DNA of 33,854 nucleotides from Bacteroidales bacterium (GCA_007130545.1 SLSG01000177.1:1-33854); one strand, 5' to 3'. Shown: positions 16,525 to 26,421, numbered from the stretch's first letter. Program-made: numbers and translations. Notes: generated from the sequence alone by a model not told the origin.

Positions 16525-17457
16525 CTAATGAAGCCTCGAACGCTTGATCAAAAGAGAAAGCAGGATCTTTTCAAATCCTTCATTGATGTCGGATGGCACA
16601 AAATCTATGTGGTATTGCATGCATTTGAGCCGTATCTCATTTGAGAATTTTTGCATACGGTCCACGTATTGCTTTTTGATGTCTGCAGGATTAAGCTTCA
16701 GCTCCCTGCCGGTTTCCATATCCACGAATTTCAGCGGTCGGTTCTCATAGGCAAAATCCAGTTCCCTGTCCTTTTCATAAACATGGAAAAGAATGACCTC
16801 ATGCTTGTTGTGTTTCAGATGCTGCAAGGCCGAGAAGAGCTCATCCGGTTCGGAGTCATTGTCCATCATATCGGAGAATATGACCACCAAAGAACGCTTG
16901 TGGATGTTCTCGGCCAGGTAGTGTAAGAGGCTGGCGGTATTGCTGGTCTTGTTGAGCACGAAATTTTCCTTTTGGTAAAGGCGTTCCAGGTGACCAAGCA
17001 ATACTTTGTGGTGGAGGCTGCTGGACCTGGCCTGCGTATGCAGTTCCGTCTTATCGGAAACAATGCTGAGACCGACTGCGTCCCGCTGTTTGCGCAATAA
17101 AAAGGTGACCGCAGCTGCGGCCTCCACCGCAAAGGATATTTTTGAATGGGTCTGTCCCCCCTGGCCATAGGCAGGAAAGTACATGGAAGAGGAATTGTCA
17201 ATGATCAGCTGGCACCGCAGGTTGGTTTCCTCCTCAAAGCGCTTGACAAATAATTTTTCCGTCCTTGCAAAAAGCTTCCAGTCAATGTTCCGGGTACTTT
17301 CACCCGGGTTGTAAATACGGTGCTCTGCAAATTCCACAGAAAATCCATGAAAGGGACTTTTGTGAAGGCCTGTAATAAAACCTTCAACCACTTGTCTGGC
17401 AAGCAGTTCCAGGTTTCCAAAACGTCTGGGGACATCCGGGTCAATCTTTTTTATCAA
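16525..17457 (-). CDS. DUF58 domain protein (vWA-like, normally a partner of MoxR ATPases)
   Basis: 310 aa. It has the hallmark N-terminal segment GLHKSPFHGFSVEFAEHRIYNPGESTRNIDWKLFARTEKLFVKRFEEETN followed by a vWA-like DxSxS (IIDNSSSM). The start codon is TTG (17457-17455), and there is no in-frame ATG near the N-terminus. Confidence 0.85.
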   Translation of the reverse strand: MIKKIDPDVPRRFGNLELLARQVVEGFITGLHKSPFHGFSVEFAEHRIYNPGESTRNIDWKLFARTEKLFVKRFEEETNLRCQLIIDNSSSMYFPAYGQGGQTHSKISFAVEAAAAVTFLLRKQRDAVGLSIVSDKTELHTQARSSSLHHKVLLGHLERLYQKENFVLNKTSNTASLLHYLAENIHKRSLVVIFSDMMDNDSEPDELFSALQHLKHNKHEVILFHVYEKDRELDFAYENRPLKFVDMETGRELKLNPADIKKQYVDRMQKFSNEIRLKCMQYHIDFVPSDINEGFEKILLSLLIKRSRLH

Positions 17458-17473
17458 AGCCGGGGTGTTTTAA

Positions 17474-17791
17474 TCATAGCAAACTTTCGATTTTGCCTGC
17501 CAGTACACTTTTGGGTACGGCCCCCACCTGCTTGTCAGCGATCTCCCCGTTCTTAAAGAACAAAATGGTCGGAATGTTCCGGATACCATAGCGCATGGCC
17601 ACTTCCGGGTTGGCATCCACATCCAGTTTTCCGACAACCACTTTGTCTTTGTATTCCTCACCAATTTCCGATACAATCGGACCAACCATCCGGCAGGGGC
17701 CGCACCATTCCGCCCAAAAGTCAACCAGTACTGGCTTGTCTGTTTTCAAAACCAGCTCCTCAAAGTTGGAATCAGTAAATTCAAGTGTCAT
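17474..17791 (-). CDS. trxA: Thioredoxin
   Basis: 105 aa with the active site WAEWCGPC and a typical TrxA length and pattern (VLVDFWAEWCGPCRM...PTILFFKNGE). Confidence 0.95.
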   Translation of the reverse strand: MTLEFTDSNFEELVLKTDKPVLVDFWAEWCGPCRMVGPIVSEIGEEYKDKVVVGKLDVDANPEVAMRYGIRNIPTILFFKNGEIADKQVGAVPKSVLAGKIESLL

Positions 17792-17867
17792 GATCTTAGA
17801 TTTATTTTAATATTTCTGCTTGTAAAATTAATGGATTTCCGGAGATTGAACCTGAAAAGCCAATGCT

Positions 17868-20800
17868 TTAATTCAAACGGAATTTGATGTGGTATTGTTT
17901 AAGCAGTTCCTTTAAAAAACCAAGGGGCTCCACTTTAACCTTGCGGGAAAGCAGTTCCACCGAATTGTTCTCCAGCTGGTCCTGCAAAGTGATCCTTAAC
18001 CTGGTCTTTCCCTTATGTTTGCGGATGAATCCGGTCAGGTCCGTCACCAATTCCCTGCTGATGTCGCTCACCGGCAGGACCAGGGTCAGGTTCTTCATCA
18101 TTGAGTCTTCCATCTCGCTCAACAGGCTCATGCTTTGAACCTTAACCTCAAGCTGCCTGGGATTGAACCTGTTCTCCTGTATCCTGGCCCTGAGGAACAC
18201 GTACTGCTGGTCCACCAGAAAATGTTTCATCTTCAGGTAGTCTTCCGCAAACAAGAACAATTGGTGGCTGTCAGAGTAATCTTCGATCTGAAAAGACCCA
18301 TACGGTTTCCCGTTCTTGGTGTATTTGTGGGATGAACCCGTAATGATACCGGCAAATGCTATTTCCTTGTTCCTTAATGGGTACAGGTTCTTAAGATCCC
18401 CCACGCTGGCATTGCAGAATGCCTGCATTTGTATCCTGAAGTCATCCAGGGGGTGGCCGGAAATATACATTCCGGTTACCTCCTTTTCCTGTTTCAGCAT
18501 TTCCAGCTTGTTCCACGATTCACAAACGGGTAGTTCCGGATCGGGGAACTGCACCTCATCATTCTCCTCAAATAGATTCATCTGGGAGGTGTTTTCCCGC
18601 TGAATAACCTGGTTGGTATGCCGGATGATCCGATCAATAAAACTGGTTAGCCCGTTGTCATCAGAATGAAAAAACTGTGCCCGGTGACAGTCCCTGAATC
18701 CGTCAAAAGCACCGGCCCTGGCAAGTGCTTCAAAGACCCGTTTGTTGACCGTGCGCAGATTAACCCTTTTGGCAAAATCGAAAATGTTCAGGAAAGGTCC
18801 ACCTGATCCCCGTTCCATAACGATATTCTCCACTGCCCCTTCCCCGACGCCTTTGATTGCCCCAAGCCCGAAACGGATCTCTCCCTGGGGGTTGACGACA
18901 AAATTGAAGGTACTTTCGTTGATATCCGGTCCCAGCACCGGAATTCCCTGTCGCTGGCACTCCTCCATAAAGAAGGTAATCTTCTTGATGTCGCTGAAGT
19001 TGTGTGTCAGAACTGCAGCCATGAACTCAGCCGGGTAATTCGCCTTTAGGTAGGCAGTCCGGTAGGCCACCACCGAATAGGCCGCTGAATGGGAGCGGTT
19101 GAAACCGTATTCGGCAAAACGGGCCATCACTTCAAAAATCCTTTCCGCGGTTTCCGCCCCGATCCCCTTCTTTGCCGCCCCTTCCATGAAAAAGGCTTTT
19201 TGGCGCTCCATTTCGTCCTTTTTCTTTTTCCCCATGGCCCGCCGGAGAATGTCCGCACTGGCCAGCGTAAACCCCGCCATGATCTGTGCTGCCTGCATGA
19301 TCTGCTCCTGGTAAACCATGATGCCGTAAGTCGGTTGCAGGATCTCCTCCAGCCAGGGATGGGGGTATTCTACCTTCTGCCGGCCATGCTTACGGTTGAT
19401 GTAGAGGGGAATGAACTCCATGGGGCCGGGACGGTAAAGCGCATTCATCGCAATAAGGTCCTCTATGTTGTTGGGTTTCAATTCCTTCAGGTATTCCCGC
19501 ATCCCCACAGATTCAAACTGGAAAGTTCCAATGGTGTCCCCGCGTTGATACAGGGCAAAAGTGTCCGGGTCATCCAGCGGGATCTTCTCAATGTCTATCT
19601 CGCTTCCAAAGCGCAGCTTAATGTTCTTGACGGCATCCTTGATAATGGACAGGGTTTTTAGACCCAGGAAATCCATTTTCAGCATGCCGGCCATTTCAAC
19701 AAATTTTCCCTCGTATTGGGTAACCGGAAGTTCTGAATCTTTTTGCGTGCTGAGGGGAAGCCAGTCCAAAAGATTGGTCGGTCCGATGATCACGCCGCAG
19801 GCATGTACCCCGGTCTGCCGTTTGGAGCCCTCCAGCATTTTGGCATATTTAAGCGTTTCACTGATCAGGGGGTTGGGATCGTTCAATGCCTGGGCAAGTT
19901 CCGGAACCTCCTTGTAGGCAGATGCCAGGGTGGTGTTGACCCGTTCAGGAACCAGTTTGGCCAGGCGGTCCGCCTCCGGCAGGGGAAGTTTCAATACCCT
20001 GCCCACATCCCTTATGGAGGACTTGGCGGCCATGGTCCCGAACGTGACGATCTGTGCCACACGATCCCTGCCATATTTGCTGATCACGTATTCCATCACC
20101 CGCTCCCGGCCTTCGTCATCAAAATCGATGTCAATATCCGGCATGGAGACCCTTTCAGGGTTCAGGAAACGTTCAAAAAGCAGGTTGTATTTGATTGGGT
20201 CAATTGCAGTGATGCCTGTACAATACGCCACCACAGACCCGGCTGCGCTTCCCCTGCCGGGTCCGACAGCCACCCCGATCGCCTTGGCCTCGTTGATGAA
20301 ATCCTGAACGATCAGGAAGTACCCGGCAAACCCCATTTCCCGGATTACCCCAAGCTCAAAGTCCAGGCGCTGCCGGACCTCATCCGACACTTCAGGATAC
20401 AAGCGGGAAGCGCCTTCATAGGAAAGGTGGGCCAGGTATTTATCCTCGGAGGAGAACTCCCCGGGCAACGGGAAGCCGGGCAGCATCACTTTTTTTGCCC
20501 TGATCTCAAAATCCTCTATCTTTCCGGCAAGTTCTGCGGTATTGGCAATGGCTTCCGGGATGTCCGCAAAAAGCCGGGCCATTTCCTCCCTGGTTTTGAG
20601 GTATTCATTGCCGGTATACTTCATGCGGTTCTCATCATCCAGGTCCTTTCCCGTCTGCAGGCACACCAGGATATCATGGGCCCTGGCATCCTCGGCATTC
20701 ACGTAATGACAATCGTTGGTGGCGATCAATTTCACTCCGTGCTTCCGCGCCAGGCTAATCAGGGCCTGATTGACGGGTTCCTGCTCCTCGAGTCCGTGCC

Positions 20801-21332
20801 GCTGCAGCTCCAGGTAAAAGTCATCTCCAAACACTTCCAGGTACTCCAGTAACAACTCCTCCGCCCTTTCAATACCTTTCTCCATAATTGCCTGCGGAAT
20901 CTCCCCGCCAAGGCATGCAGAAGAAGCGATGATCCCTTCATGGTAGCGAATCAGCAGTTCCTTGTCAATTCTGGGCGTATAATAAAAACCTTCCAGGTAG
21001 CCAAGGGACACCAGGCGGGAAAGGTTCTCATACCCCTTGCGGTTTTTAGCAAGCAGGATCATATGATATCCGCTGCGGTCCTCCCTCCCCCTTTTTTCCA
21101 TGCGGCTGCCATCTGCCACATAGACCTCACATCCGATGATGGGTTTGATTCCGATCTTTTTGGCATAGTTTGAGAAGTGAAACACCCCGTACATATTTCC
21201 GTGGTCTGTGATCGCCAGGGACTTCATGCCATCTGCAGCTGCCTTGTCCAGCAGCGGCTCTATCATCGAAGCCCCATCCAGGATGGAATATTGGGTATGT
21301 ACGTGAAAATGGGTGAAATCGGGGATACTCAT
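17868..21332 (-). CDS. dnaE: DNA polymerase III alpha subunit
   Basis: 1154 aa. It has the PHP domain (HFHVHTQYSILDGA, ITDHGNMYG), the polymerase core (PDIDIDF, GLLKMDFLGLKTL, FNRSHSAAYS) and an OB-fold C-terminus. Confidence 0.98.
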   Translation of the reverse strand: MSIPDFTHFHVHTQYSILDGASMIEPLLDKAAADGMKSLAITDHGNMYGVFHFSNYAKKIGIKPIIGCEVYVADGSRMEKRGREDRSGYHMILLAKNRKGYENLSRLVSLGYLEGFYYTPRIDKELLIRYHEGIIASSACLGGEIPQAIMEKGIERAEELLLEYLEVFGDDFYLELQRHGLEEQEPVNQALISLARKHGVKLIATNDCHYVNAEDARAHDILVCLQTGKDLDDENRMKYTGNEYLKTREEMARLFADIPEAIANTAELAGKIEDFEIRAKKVMLPGFPLPGEFSSEDKYLAHLSYEGASRLYPEVSDEVRQRLDFELGVIREMGFAGYFLIVQDFINEAKAIGVAVGPGRGSAAGSVVAYCTGITAIDPIKYNLLFERFLNPERVSMPDIDIDFDDEGRERVMEYVISKYGRDRVAQIVTFGTMAAKSSIRDVGRVLKLPLPEADRLAKLVPERVNTTLASAYKEVPELAQALNDPNPLISETLKYAKMLEGSKRQTGVHACGVIIGPTNLLDWLPLSTQKDSELPVTQYEGKFVEMAGMLKMDFLGLKTLSIIKDAVKNIKLRFGSEIDIEKIPLDDPDTFALYQRGDTIGTFQFESVGMREYLKELKPNNIEDLIAMNALYRPGPMEFIPLYINRKHGRQKVEYPHPWLEEILQPTYGIMVYQEQIMQAAQIMAGFTLASADILRRAMGKKKKDEMERQKAFFMEGAAKKGIGAETAERIFEVMARFAEYGFNRSHSAAYSVVAYRTAYLKANYPAEFMAAVLTHNFSDIKKITFFMEECQRQGIPVLGPDINESTFNFVVNPQGEIRFGLGAIKGVGEGAVENIVMERGSGGPFLNIFDFAKRVNLRTVNKRVFEALARAGAFDGFRDCHRAQFFHSDDNGLTSFIDRIIRHTNQVIQRENTSQMNLFEENDEVQFPDPELPVCESWNKLEMLKQEKEVTGMYISGHPLDDFRIQMQAFCNASVGDLKNLYPLRNKEIAFAGIITGSSHKYTKNGKPYGSFQIEDYSDSHQLFLFAEDYLKMKHFLVDQQYVFLRARIQENRFNPRQLEVKVQSMSLLSEMEDSMMKNLTLVLPVSDISRELVTDLTGFIRKHKGKTRLRITLQDQLENNSVELLSRKVKVEPLGFLKELLKQYHIKFRLN

Positions 21333-21526
21333 CTAGGTCAAAGCGTTATTGAGGGCCCGTAAAAATATATAAAAATTCCGGGGAGTGGGCCCGGAATTTA
21401 TCCACAATACGGAAGTTTTTATCAAGTCCCTGATAAAGAATGAAAAGAAAGCTTTTTTATTTTGGAAAAAAACCGGATATTTGCACCCCTGAATTACATG
21501 TATTATTTAATTATTCAATTACTATT

Positions 21527-22285
21527 ATGCCAACAAAAATCAGACTACAGAGAAAGGGTAAGAAGGGACAGCCTTTTTACCACTTGGTAGTTGCGGATGG
21601 TCGTGCACCCCGAGACGGAAAATTTATTGAGAGACTTGGCACTTACAACCCCATGACCCACCCTGCTACCATTGATTTGAACTTCGACAGGGCCCTTTAC
21701 TGGGTGCAGGTTGGGGCACAACCCACTGATACTGCCCGCAGCATTTTGTCCAACCAGGGCGTAATGTTCAAGCACCACCTGATCAAGGGCATCGAAAAGG
21801 GAGCCCACACAGAGGAACAGGTAGAAGAGAAATTCTCAGCCTGGATGAAGGAAAAAGCCGAAAAACTGGCCAATGCATCCAAGGAAAAAGAATTGAGCGA
21901 AAAGGAACTGGCCAAAAAACGCCTGGAGGAGGAACGCAAAATCAATGAGGCCAAAGCGGAGGAACTGTCTAAAAAACGCGCCAAGGCCAGCCTGAAATCT
22001 GAAGAGGTTGCTGAATCCCCCGAAGAGGCACCAGCGGATGAAGCTCCTGCTGCCGAAGCCAAAGAGGAAGCTCCCGTTACCGAAGCCAAAGAGGAAGCTC
22101 CTGCTACCGAAGCCAAAGAGGAAACTCCCGCGGCCGAAGCCAAGGAAGAAGCTCCTGCTACCGAAGCCAAAGAGGAAACTCCCGCGGCCGAAGCCAAGGA
22201 AGAAGCTCCTGCTGCCGAAGCCAAGGAAGAAGCTCCCGTTGATGAGGATAAAAAGGAAGAAGACAGCGGGAAGAAAGCCGAATAA
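21527..22285 (+). CDS. rpsP: 30S ribosomal protein S16 with a long repetitive acidic/Ala/Pro/Lys C-terminal extension
   Basis: I prefer the start at ATG 21527 ([42 protein letters not shown]...), which is the canonical S16 N-terminus. The track start at 21440 adds 29 non-homologous residues. The product is 252 aa, against roughly 80-90 aa for a minimal S16. Confidence 0.92.
   Translation: MPTKIRLQRKGKKGQPFYHLVVADGRAPRDGKFIERLGTYNPMTHPATIDLNFDRALYWVQVGAQPTDTARSILSNQGVMFKHHLIKGIEKGAHTEEQVEEKFSAWMKEKAEKLANASKEKELSEKELAKKRLEEERKINEAKAEELSKKRAKASLKSEEVAESPEEAPADEAPAAEAKEEAPVTEAKEEAPATEAKEETPAAEAKEEAPATEAKEETPAAEAKEEAPAAEAKEEAPVDEDKKEEDSGKKAE
22055..22243 (+). repeat. Seven tandem 27-nt (9-aa) repeats inside rpsP (unit GAAGCCAARGARGAARCTCCNGNNNCC = EAKEE(A/T)P(A/V)x)
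   Basis: Counted directly. Units start at 22055, 22082, 22109, 22136, 22163, 22190 and 22217. Units 3 and 5 are identical, and units 2 and 4 differ at 2 positions, giving a 54-nt higher-order repeat. The region has no stop codons in at least four reading frames. Confidence 0.9.
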
Positions 22286-22308
22286 ACCGGAATCCATATT
22301 TCCCCCTG

Positions 22309-22845
22309 ATGCAAACGTCCGATTGTTTTTATCTGGGCTACATTAAAAAGCCATTCGGTTACAAGGGAGAGGTCAGCATTTTGCTGGATGTGGATGACCC
22401 GGGCGCATACCAGAATCTGGAATCAGTTTTCGTCCTTGTGGAGGGAAAACTGGTTCCTTTTTTTATTTCAAAGATCTCATTCCGCCCGAACAGCAACGAG
22501 GCGGTGGTCCAATTCAGAGAATCGGCATCCGAGGAGAAAGCTTTGCACATCAGTGGATGCGAACTTTACTTGCCGGTAGAATTCCTGCCGCCATTGACAG
22601 GCAATAAATTTTATTTTCACGAGGTGATTGGTTACGAGGTGCGGGAAGCAACGAGGGGAAGGATCGGCCAACTCACAGGCATATTGGACTATCCAGGCAA
22701 TCCGGTGTTCCAGGTAAATGACGGAAAAAATGAGATCCTTGTTCCTGCCAGGGATGAATTCATCCTAAAGATTGACCGGAAAGAAAAAAAACTTTTCCTG
22801 AAAACCCCGGAAGGCTTGATCGACCTTTACCTGTCAGACCTTTAA
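22309..22845 (+). CDS. rimM: 16S rRNA processing protein RimM
   Basis: 178 aa with the N-terminal pattern LGYIKKPFGYKGEVSIL and a PRC-barrel-like C-terminus. It sits in the conserved position directly downstream of rpsP. Confidence 0.88.
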   Translation: MQTSDCFYLGYIKKPFGYKGEVSILLDVDDPGAYQNLESVFVLVEGKLVPFFISKISFRPNSNEAVVQFRESASEEKALHISGCELYLPVEFLPPLTGNKFYFHEVIGYEVREATRGRIGQLTGILDYPGNPVFQVNDGKNEILVPARDEFILKIDRKEKKLFLKTPEGLIDLYLSDL

Positions 22846-24048
22846 CTCCTCTCCTTCTGACCGTGCAATAATGACTGCGCCGCAAGAGTCACTCCAGACA
22901 TTTACCGTGGTGCGGAACATGTCGAGAATCCTGTCCACTGCCAGTATAAGTCCCACCCCCTCGAGCGGTAAACCGACCGCAGACAGAATGACCGTGATGA
23001 TGACCAGTCCGGCCATAGGAATTCCTGCTGCCCCGATCGAAGCCAGCAATGCCGTGACCATCACAATAAGTTGCTGCAGAATGCTAAGCTCTATCCCGTA
23101 AGCCTGGGCAATAAACAATACCGCAATACACTGATAAAGTGCGGTACCGTCCATATTGATGGTGGCTCCCAGGGGAAGTACAAAACTCGTCGTTTTGTTG
23201 GATACACCACTGTTAAATTCCAGGGCCTCCATCGTCAGCGGAAGTGTGGCACTGCTGCTGGATGTCGAAAAGGCCGTCAGCAGGGGCACACTCATTCCAC
23301 GGGCATGTTTGACCGGGTTTGACCGCCCCAGGACTCTTACCAGCAGCGGAAGCGTGATAAAGGCATGAATGAACAGCGCCCCGATAACCGTCAGCATGTA
23401 AATACCCATCCGTCCGAATATGTTGAGCAGATTGTCCGCATGTTCGGCAACCAGGGCAGAAACGATCCCAAAAATTCCCAGCGGGGTAAACTTGATGACG
23501 AACATGGTGATCTTCATCATGATCTCAAAAACCGAATTGAAGAAGTTGACGATGGGATCCCGGTAAACAGGTGCTACCCTGGTGGTGAAAAACCCAAAGA
23601 AAATGGCAAAGAAGATAATGGCCGGGAGATCGGTATTGGCAAGGGATTCGATGATATTCGTCGGAATGATCTTCAAGAGGGTCTGGCCAAAGGAATCCCG
23701 TCCCACATCCAGGCCCTCTACCACTGCACTCAGCCCCAGGTCCGCTCCGACCCCGGGCTTTATCAGGTTGACCAGCACCAGACCCGTCACGATCGCAAAT
23801 ATACTGGTCATCATATAATACAGCATCGTCTTCAGGCTCATTCGCCCAAGGTTCTCCGCTGAACCCAGGCCAGTCACCCCGGAAACAATCGAGGAGAAGA
23901 TCAGGGGAACGATAATCATCCTTAGCGCACGGAGGAAAACATCCCCCATCCAGGAAACGTACTTGACGTAATCTGTAAAGACCACGCCGAAAAAAATACT
24001 AAGAATCAATGCGATCAGAATTTGCCAGTGCAGCTTGATTTTTAACAT
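22834..24048 (-). CDS. Dicarboxylate/amino acid:cation symporter (DAACS/GltP family)
   Basis: 404 aa. Hallmark motifs FSTSSSSATLPLTME and DRILDMFRTTVNVWSD are present. Its 3' end overlaps the convergent rimM gene by 12 bp. Confidence 0.9.
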   Translation of the reverse strand: MLKIKLHWQILIALILSIFFGVVFTDYVKYVSWMGDVFLRALRMIIVPLIFSSIVSGVTGLGSAENLGRMSLKTMLYYMMTSIFAIVTGLVLVNLIKPGVGADLGLSAVVEGLDVGRDSFGQTLLKIIPTNIIESLANTDLPAIIFFAIFFGFFTTRVAPVYRDPIVNFFNSVFEIMMKITMFVIKFTPLGIFGIVSALVAEHADNLLNIFGRMGIYMLTVIGALFIHAFITLPLLVRVLGRSNPVKHARGMSVPLLTAFSTSSSSATLPLTMEALEFNSGVSNKTTSFVLPLGATINMDGTALYQCIAVLFIAQAYGIELSILQQLIVMVTALLASIGAAGIPMAGLVIITVILSAVGLPLEGVGLILAVDRILDMFRTTVNVWSDSCGAVIIARSEGEELKV

Positions 24049-24239
24049 CCTATGCCAGGTTTAAATCCAGGAATCCTTATTAACCCGGCAATATTACAAA
24101 AACAATCGCCAATTCACTAATCTTTTTTGGGGCTTTGGTCCGCAGTGAAATATTGTCACTTTTCCGGCGATACTCCATGTCAATATGACGGAATTTCCCC
24201 CTGACTCTGTGATGGTTTGGCTTTTGCAGGTGCCTCGAT

Positions 24240-26414
24240 ATGGAAACATCAAAAAATAGGAACAATGACCAGGCGCATACTGCATTGGGTCTGTTCGCGA
24301 ATAACCTTAACCAACTGGCCCATTCAGGGAAACTGGATCCGGTGATCGGACGTGACGAGGAAATCAGGCGCATTTTGCAGATTCTGTCCCGCCGGACCAA
24401 GAACAATCCCATCCTGATCGGTGAGCCCGGGGTCGGGAAAACAGCCATAGCAGAGGGACTTGCTCACCGCATTATCAATGGGGACGTTCCTGAGAACCTG
24501 AAAAGTAAGACAATTTTTTCGCTTGACATGGGGGCGCTGATTGCAGGAGCGAAGTACAAGGGCGAGTTTGAGGAACGCATCAAGGCCGTGATCAGGGAAG
24601 TTGTGGCTTCAGCAGGTGAATATGTCCTTTTCATTGATGAGATCCACACCCTGGTAGGTGCCGGGGGTGGTGGCGAAGGAGCCATGGATGCGGCAAACAT
24701 TCTGAAGCCTGCACTGGCCCGCGGGGAACTCAAGGCCATTGGTGCCACCACCCTGAAGGAATACCAGCGGTATTTTGAAAAGGACAAGGCACTGGAAAGG
24801 CGGTTCCAGACCGTATTGGTGGATGAACCTTCAAGGCAGGATGCTGTCAGCATCCTCAGGGGGCTCAAGGAAAGGTATGAAACCCACCACCAGGTCAGGA
24901 TCATGGATGAAGCCATCGTAGCTGCGGTGGACCTGTCTTACCGCTATATCTCTGACCGTTTTTTGCCGGACAAGGCCATCGACCTGATCGACGAGGCAGC
25001 TGCCAAGCTCCGTCTCGAGATGAATTCCCTGCCCGAGGAGCTGGATGAGGCAGAACGACGCATCCGGCAGCTTGAGATCGAAAAGGAGGCCATCAAGCGC
25101 GAAAAGGATGATGTGAAGCTCAGGCAGCTTTCACAGGAGCTGAAGTCCATGCAGGCAGAAAGAGACCGGCTCAGGGAAAAATGGTTGAAGGAAAAAGGCA
25201 TTGTGTCGGAGATCCAGTCGTTAAAGGCGGCCATTGAAAAATACCGGTTCGAAGCAGACCAGGCAGAACGCAATGGCGATTACGGGAAAGTGGCCGAGCT
25301 CCGCTATGGAAGGATTAAGGAAGCAGAGGAATCACAGCAAGCCCTGCATCAAAAGCTCCGTGGAATCCAGTCTGATTCTGCCCTGATCAAGGAGGAGGTG
25401 GCGGCAGAAGACATTGCCGATGTGGTGTCGCGCTGGACTGGAATCCCGGTTTCCCGGATGCTGCAGAGTGAAAGAGAGAAACTGTTGCAGCTGGAGGATG
25501 AATTGCACAAGCGGGTAGTCGGACAGGATGATGCCATTGAAGCGGTATCGGATGCCATCAGGCGAAGTCGTGCCGGGCTACAGGACCAAAAGAAGCCCCT
25601 GGGTTCATTTATCTTTCTGGGAACGACGGGGGTCGGGAAAACGGAATTGGCCAGGGCCCTGGCAGCTTTCCTGTTCAATGATGAGAATGCCATGGTCCGG
25701 GTCGATATGTCTGAATTCCAGGAGCGGCACGCGGTCAGCAGGTTGATTGGGGCACCGCCGGGCTATGTAGGCTATGAGGAGAGCGGACAACTCACCGAGG
25801 CGGTCAGGAGGAAGCCCTACTCAGTGGTATTGCTGGACGAAATAGAAAAAGCCCATCCCGATGTGTTCAACATCCTGCTGCAGGTGCTGGAAGACGGCAG
25901 GCTTACGGACAATAAGGGCCGGACGGCAGATTTTAAGAACACGATCGTCATCATGACCTCAAACATCGGGTCGGATTTGATCCGGCAGAGAATGGAAAGC
26001 CTGAACGAGGACAACCGCGAGGAGCTGATAAGCCAAAGTCGGGAGGAAGTATTTATGTTGCTCAAACAAACCATCCGGCCGGAATTCCTGAACCGCGTGG
26101 ACGAGATCATCATGTTCAAACCCCTGACCCGGGAGGAGATCAAGGCCATTGTAGGGCTTCAGCTGGAACAGTCGAGGCAAATGCTGGAAAGCAATGGCAT
26201 CGGATTACTGGCCGGGAAAGAGGTGGCTGACTGGCTGGCAGAAAAAGGATATGATCCGCATTATGGGGCCAGACCCCTGAAACGGGTGATTCAACGTTTC
26301 ATACTGAATAGCCTCTCCCGGGAAATTGTGGGCGGGACCGTCAGCAGGGGTGACTCGGTCCAAGTGGAGGTGCAAGACGGTAAATTGGTCTTTAAAACCT
26401 CAAAAAAAGAATAA
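24240..26414 (+). CDS. clpB: ClpB-type AAA+ disaggregase lacking the N-terminal Clp_N domain
   Basis: 724 aa. NBD1 has [10 protein letters not shown] and [15 protein letters not shown] long coiled-coil M-domain is present ([30 protein letters not shown]...). NBD2 has [27 protein letters not shown] and GARPLKR. The reading frame opens only at 24213, because an in-frame TGA lies at 24210-24212. The product begins about 30 residues before [15 protein letters not shown]. Confidence 0.92.
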   Translation: METSKNRNNDQAHTALGLFANNLNQLAHSGKLDPVIGRDEEIRRILQILSRRTKNNPILIGEPGVGKTAIAEGLAHRIINGDVPENLKSKTIFSLDMGALIAGAKYKGEFEERIKAVIREVVASAGEYVLFIDEIHTLVGAGGGGEGAMDAANILKPALARGELKAIGATTLKEYQRYFEKDKALERRFQTVLVDEPSRQDAVSILRGLKERYETHHQVRIMDEAIVAAVDLSYRYISDRFLPDKAIDLIDEAAAKLRLEMNSLPEELDEAERRIRQLEIEKEAIKREKDDVKLRQLSQELKSMQAERDRLREKWLKEKGIVSEIQSLKAAIEKYRFEADQAERNGDYGKVAELRYGRIKEAEESQQALHQKLRGIQSDSALIKEEVAAEDIADVVSRWTGIPVSRMLQSEREKLLQLEDELHKRVVGQDDAIEAVSDAIRRSRAGLQDQKKPLGSFIFLGTTGVGKTELARALAAFLFNDENAMVRVDMSEFQERHAVSRLIGAPPGYVGYEESGQLTEAVRRKPYSVVLLDEIEKAHPDVFNILLQVLEDGRLTDNKGRTADFKNTIVIMTSNIGSDLIRQRMESLNEDNREELISQSREEVFMLLKQTIRPEFLNRVDEIIMFKPLTREEIKAIVGLQLEQSRQMLESNGIGLLAGKEVADWLAEKGYDPHYGARPLKRVIQRFILNSLSREIVGGTVSRGDSVQVEVQDGKLVFKTSKKE

Positions 26415-26421
26415 GAATTGG

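Noticed and set aside
19743-20852. 369-aa plus-strand ORF inside dnaE, plus similar long antisense ORFs (1200..2030, 4717..5415, 7266..7982, 12058..12851, 24464..25693)
   Set aside because: Each is antisense to a strongly supported conserved gene. Each has an Arg/Gly/Pro/His-rich composition typical of shadow ORFs in GC-rich coding DNA. None has a promoter box or recognisable motifs.
21440-21526. Upstream extension of rpsP (track start 21440, [21 protein letters not shown]...)
   Set aside because: The canonical S16 N-terminus MPTKIRLQR begins at 21527. The extension lies in AT-rich, promoter-like DNA.
21697-22346. ORFs overlapping the S16 repeat region: 21697..22314 (-), 21836..22297 (-) and 22008..22346 (+, KPKRK-rich)
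   Set aside because: These arise because the 27-nt repeat unit has no stop codon in several frames. They lie wholly inside or antisense to the well-supported rpsP gene.
24185-24259. Small [27 protein letters not shown] upstream of and overlapping the clpB start, considered as a remnant of the ClpB N-domain or a leader peptide
   Set aside because: It has no resemblance to the Clp_N repeat, is in a different frame from clpB and is too short to evaluate. It is mentioned only as context for the truncated clpB.
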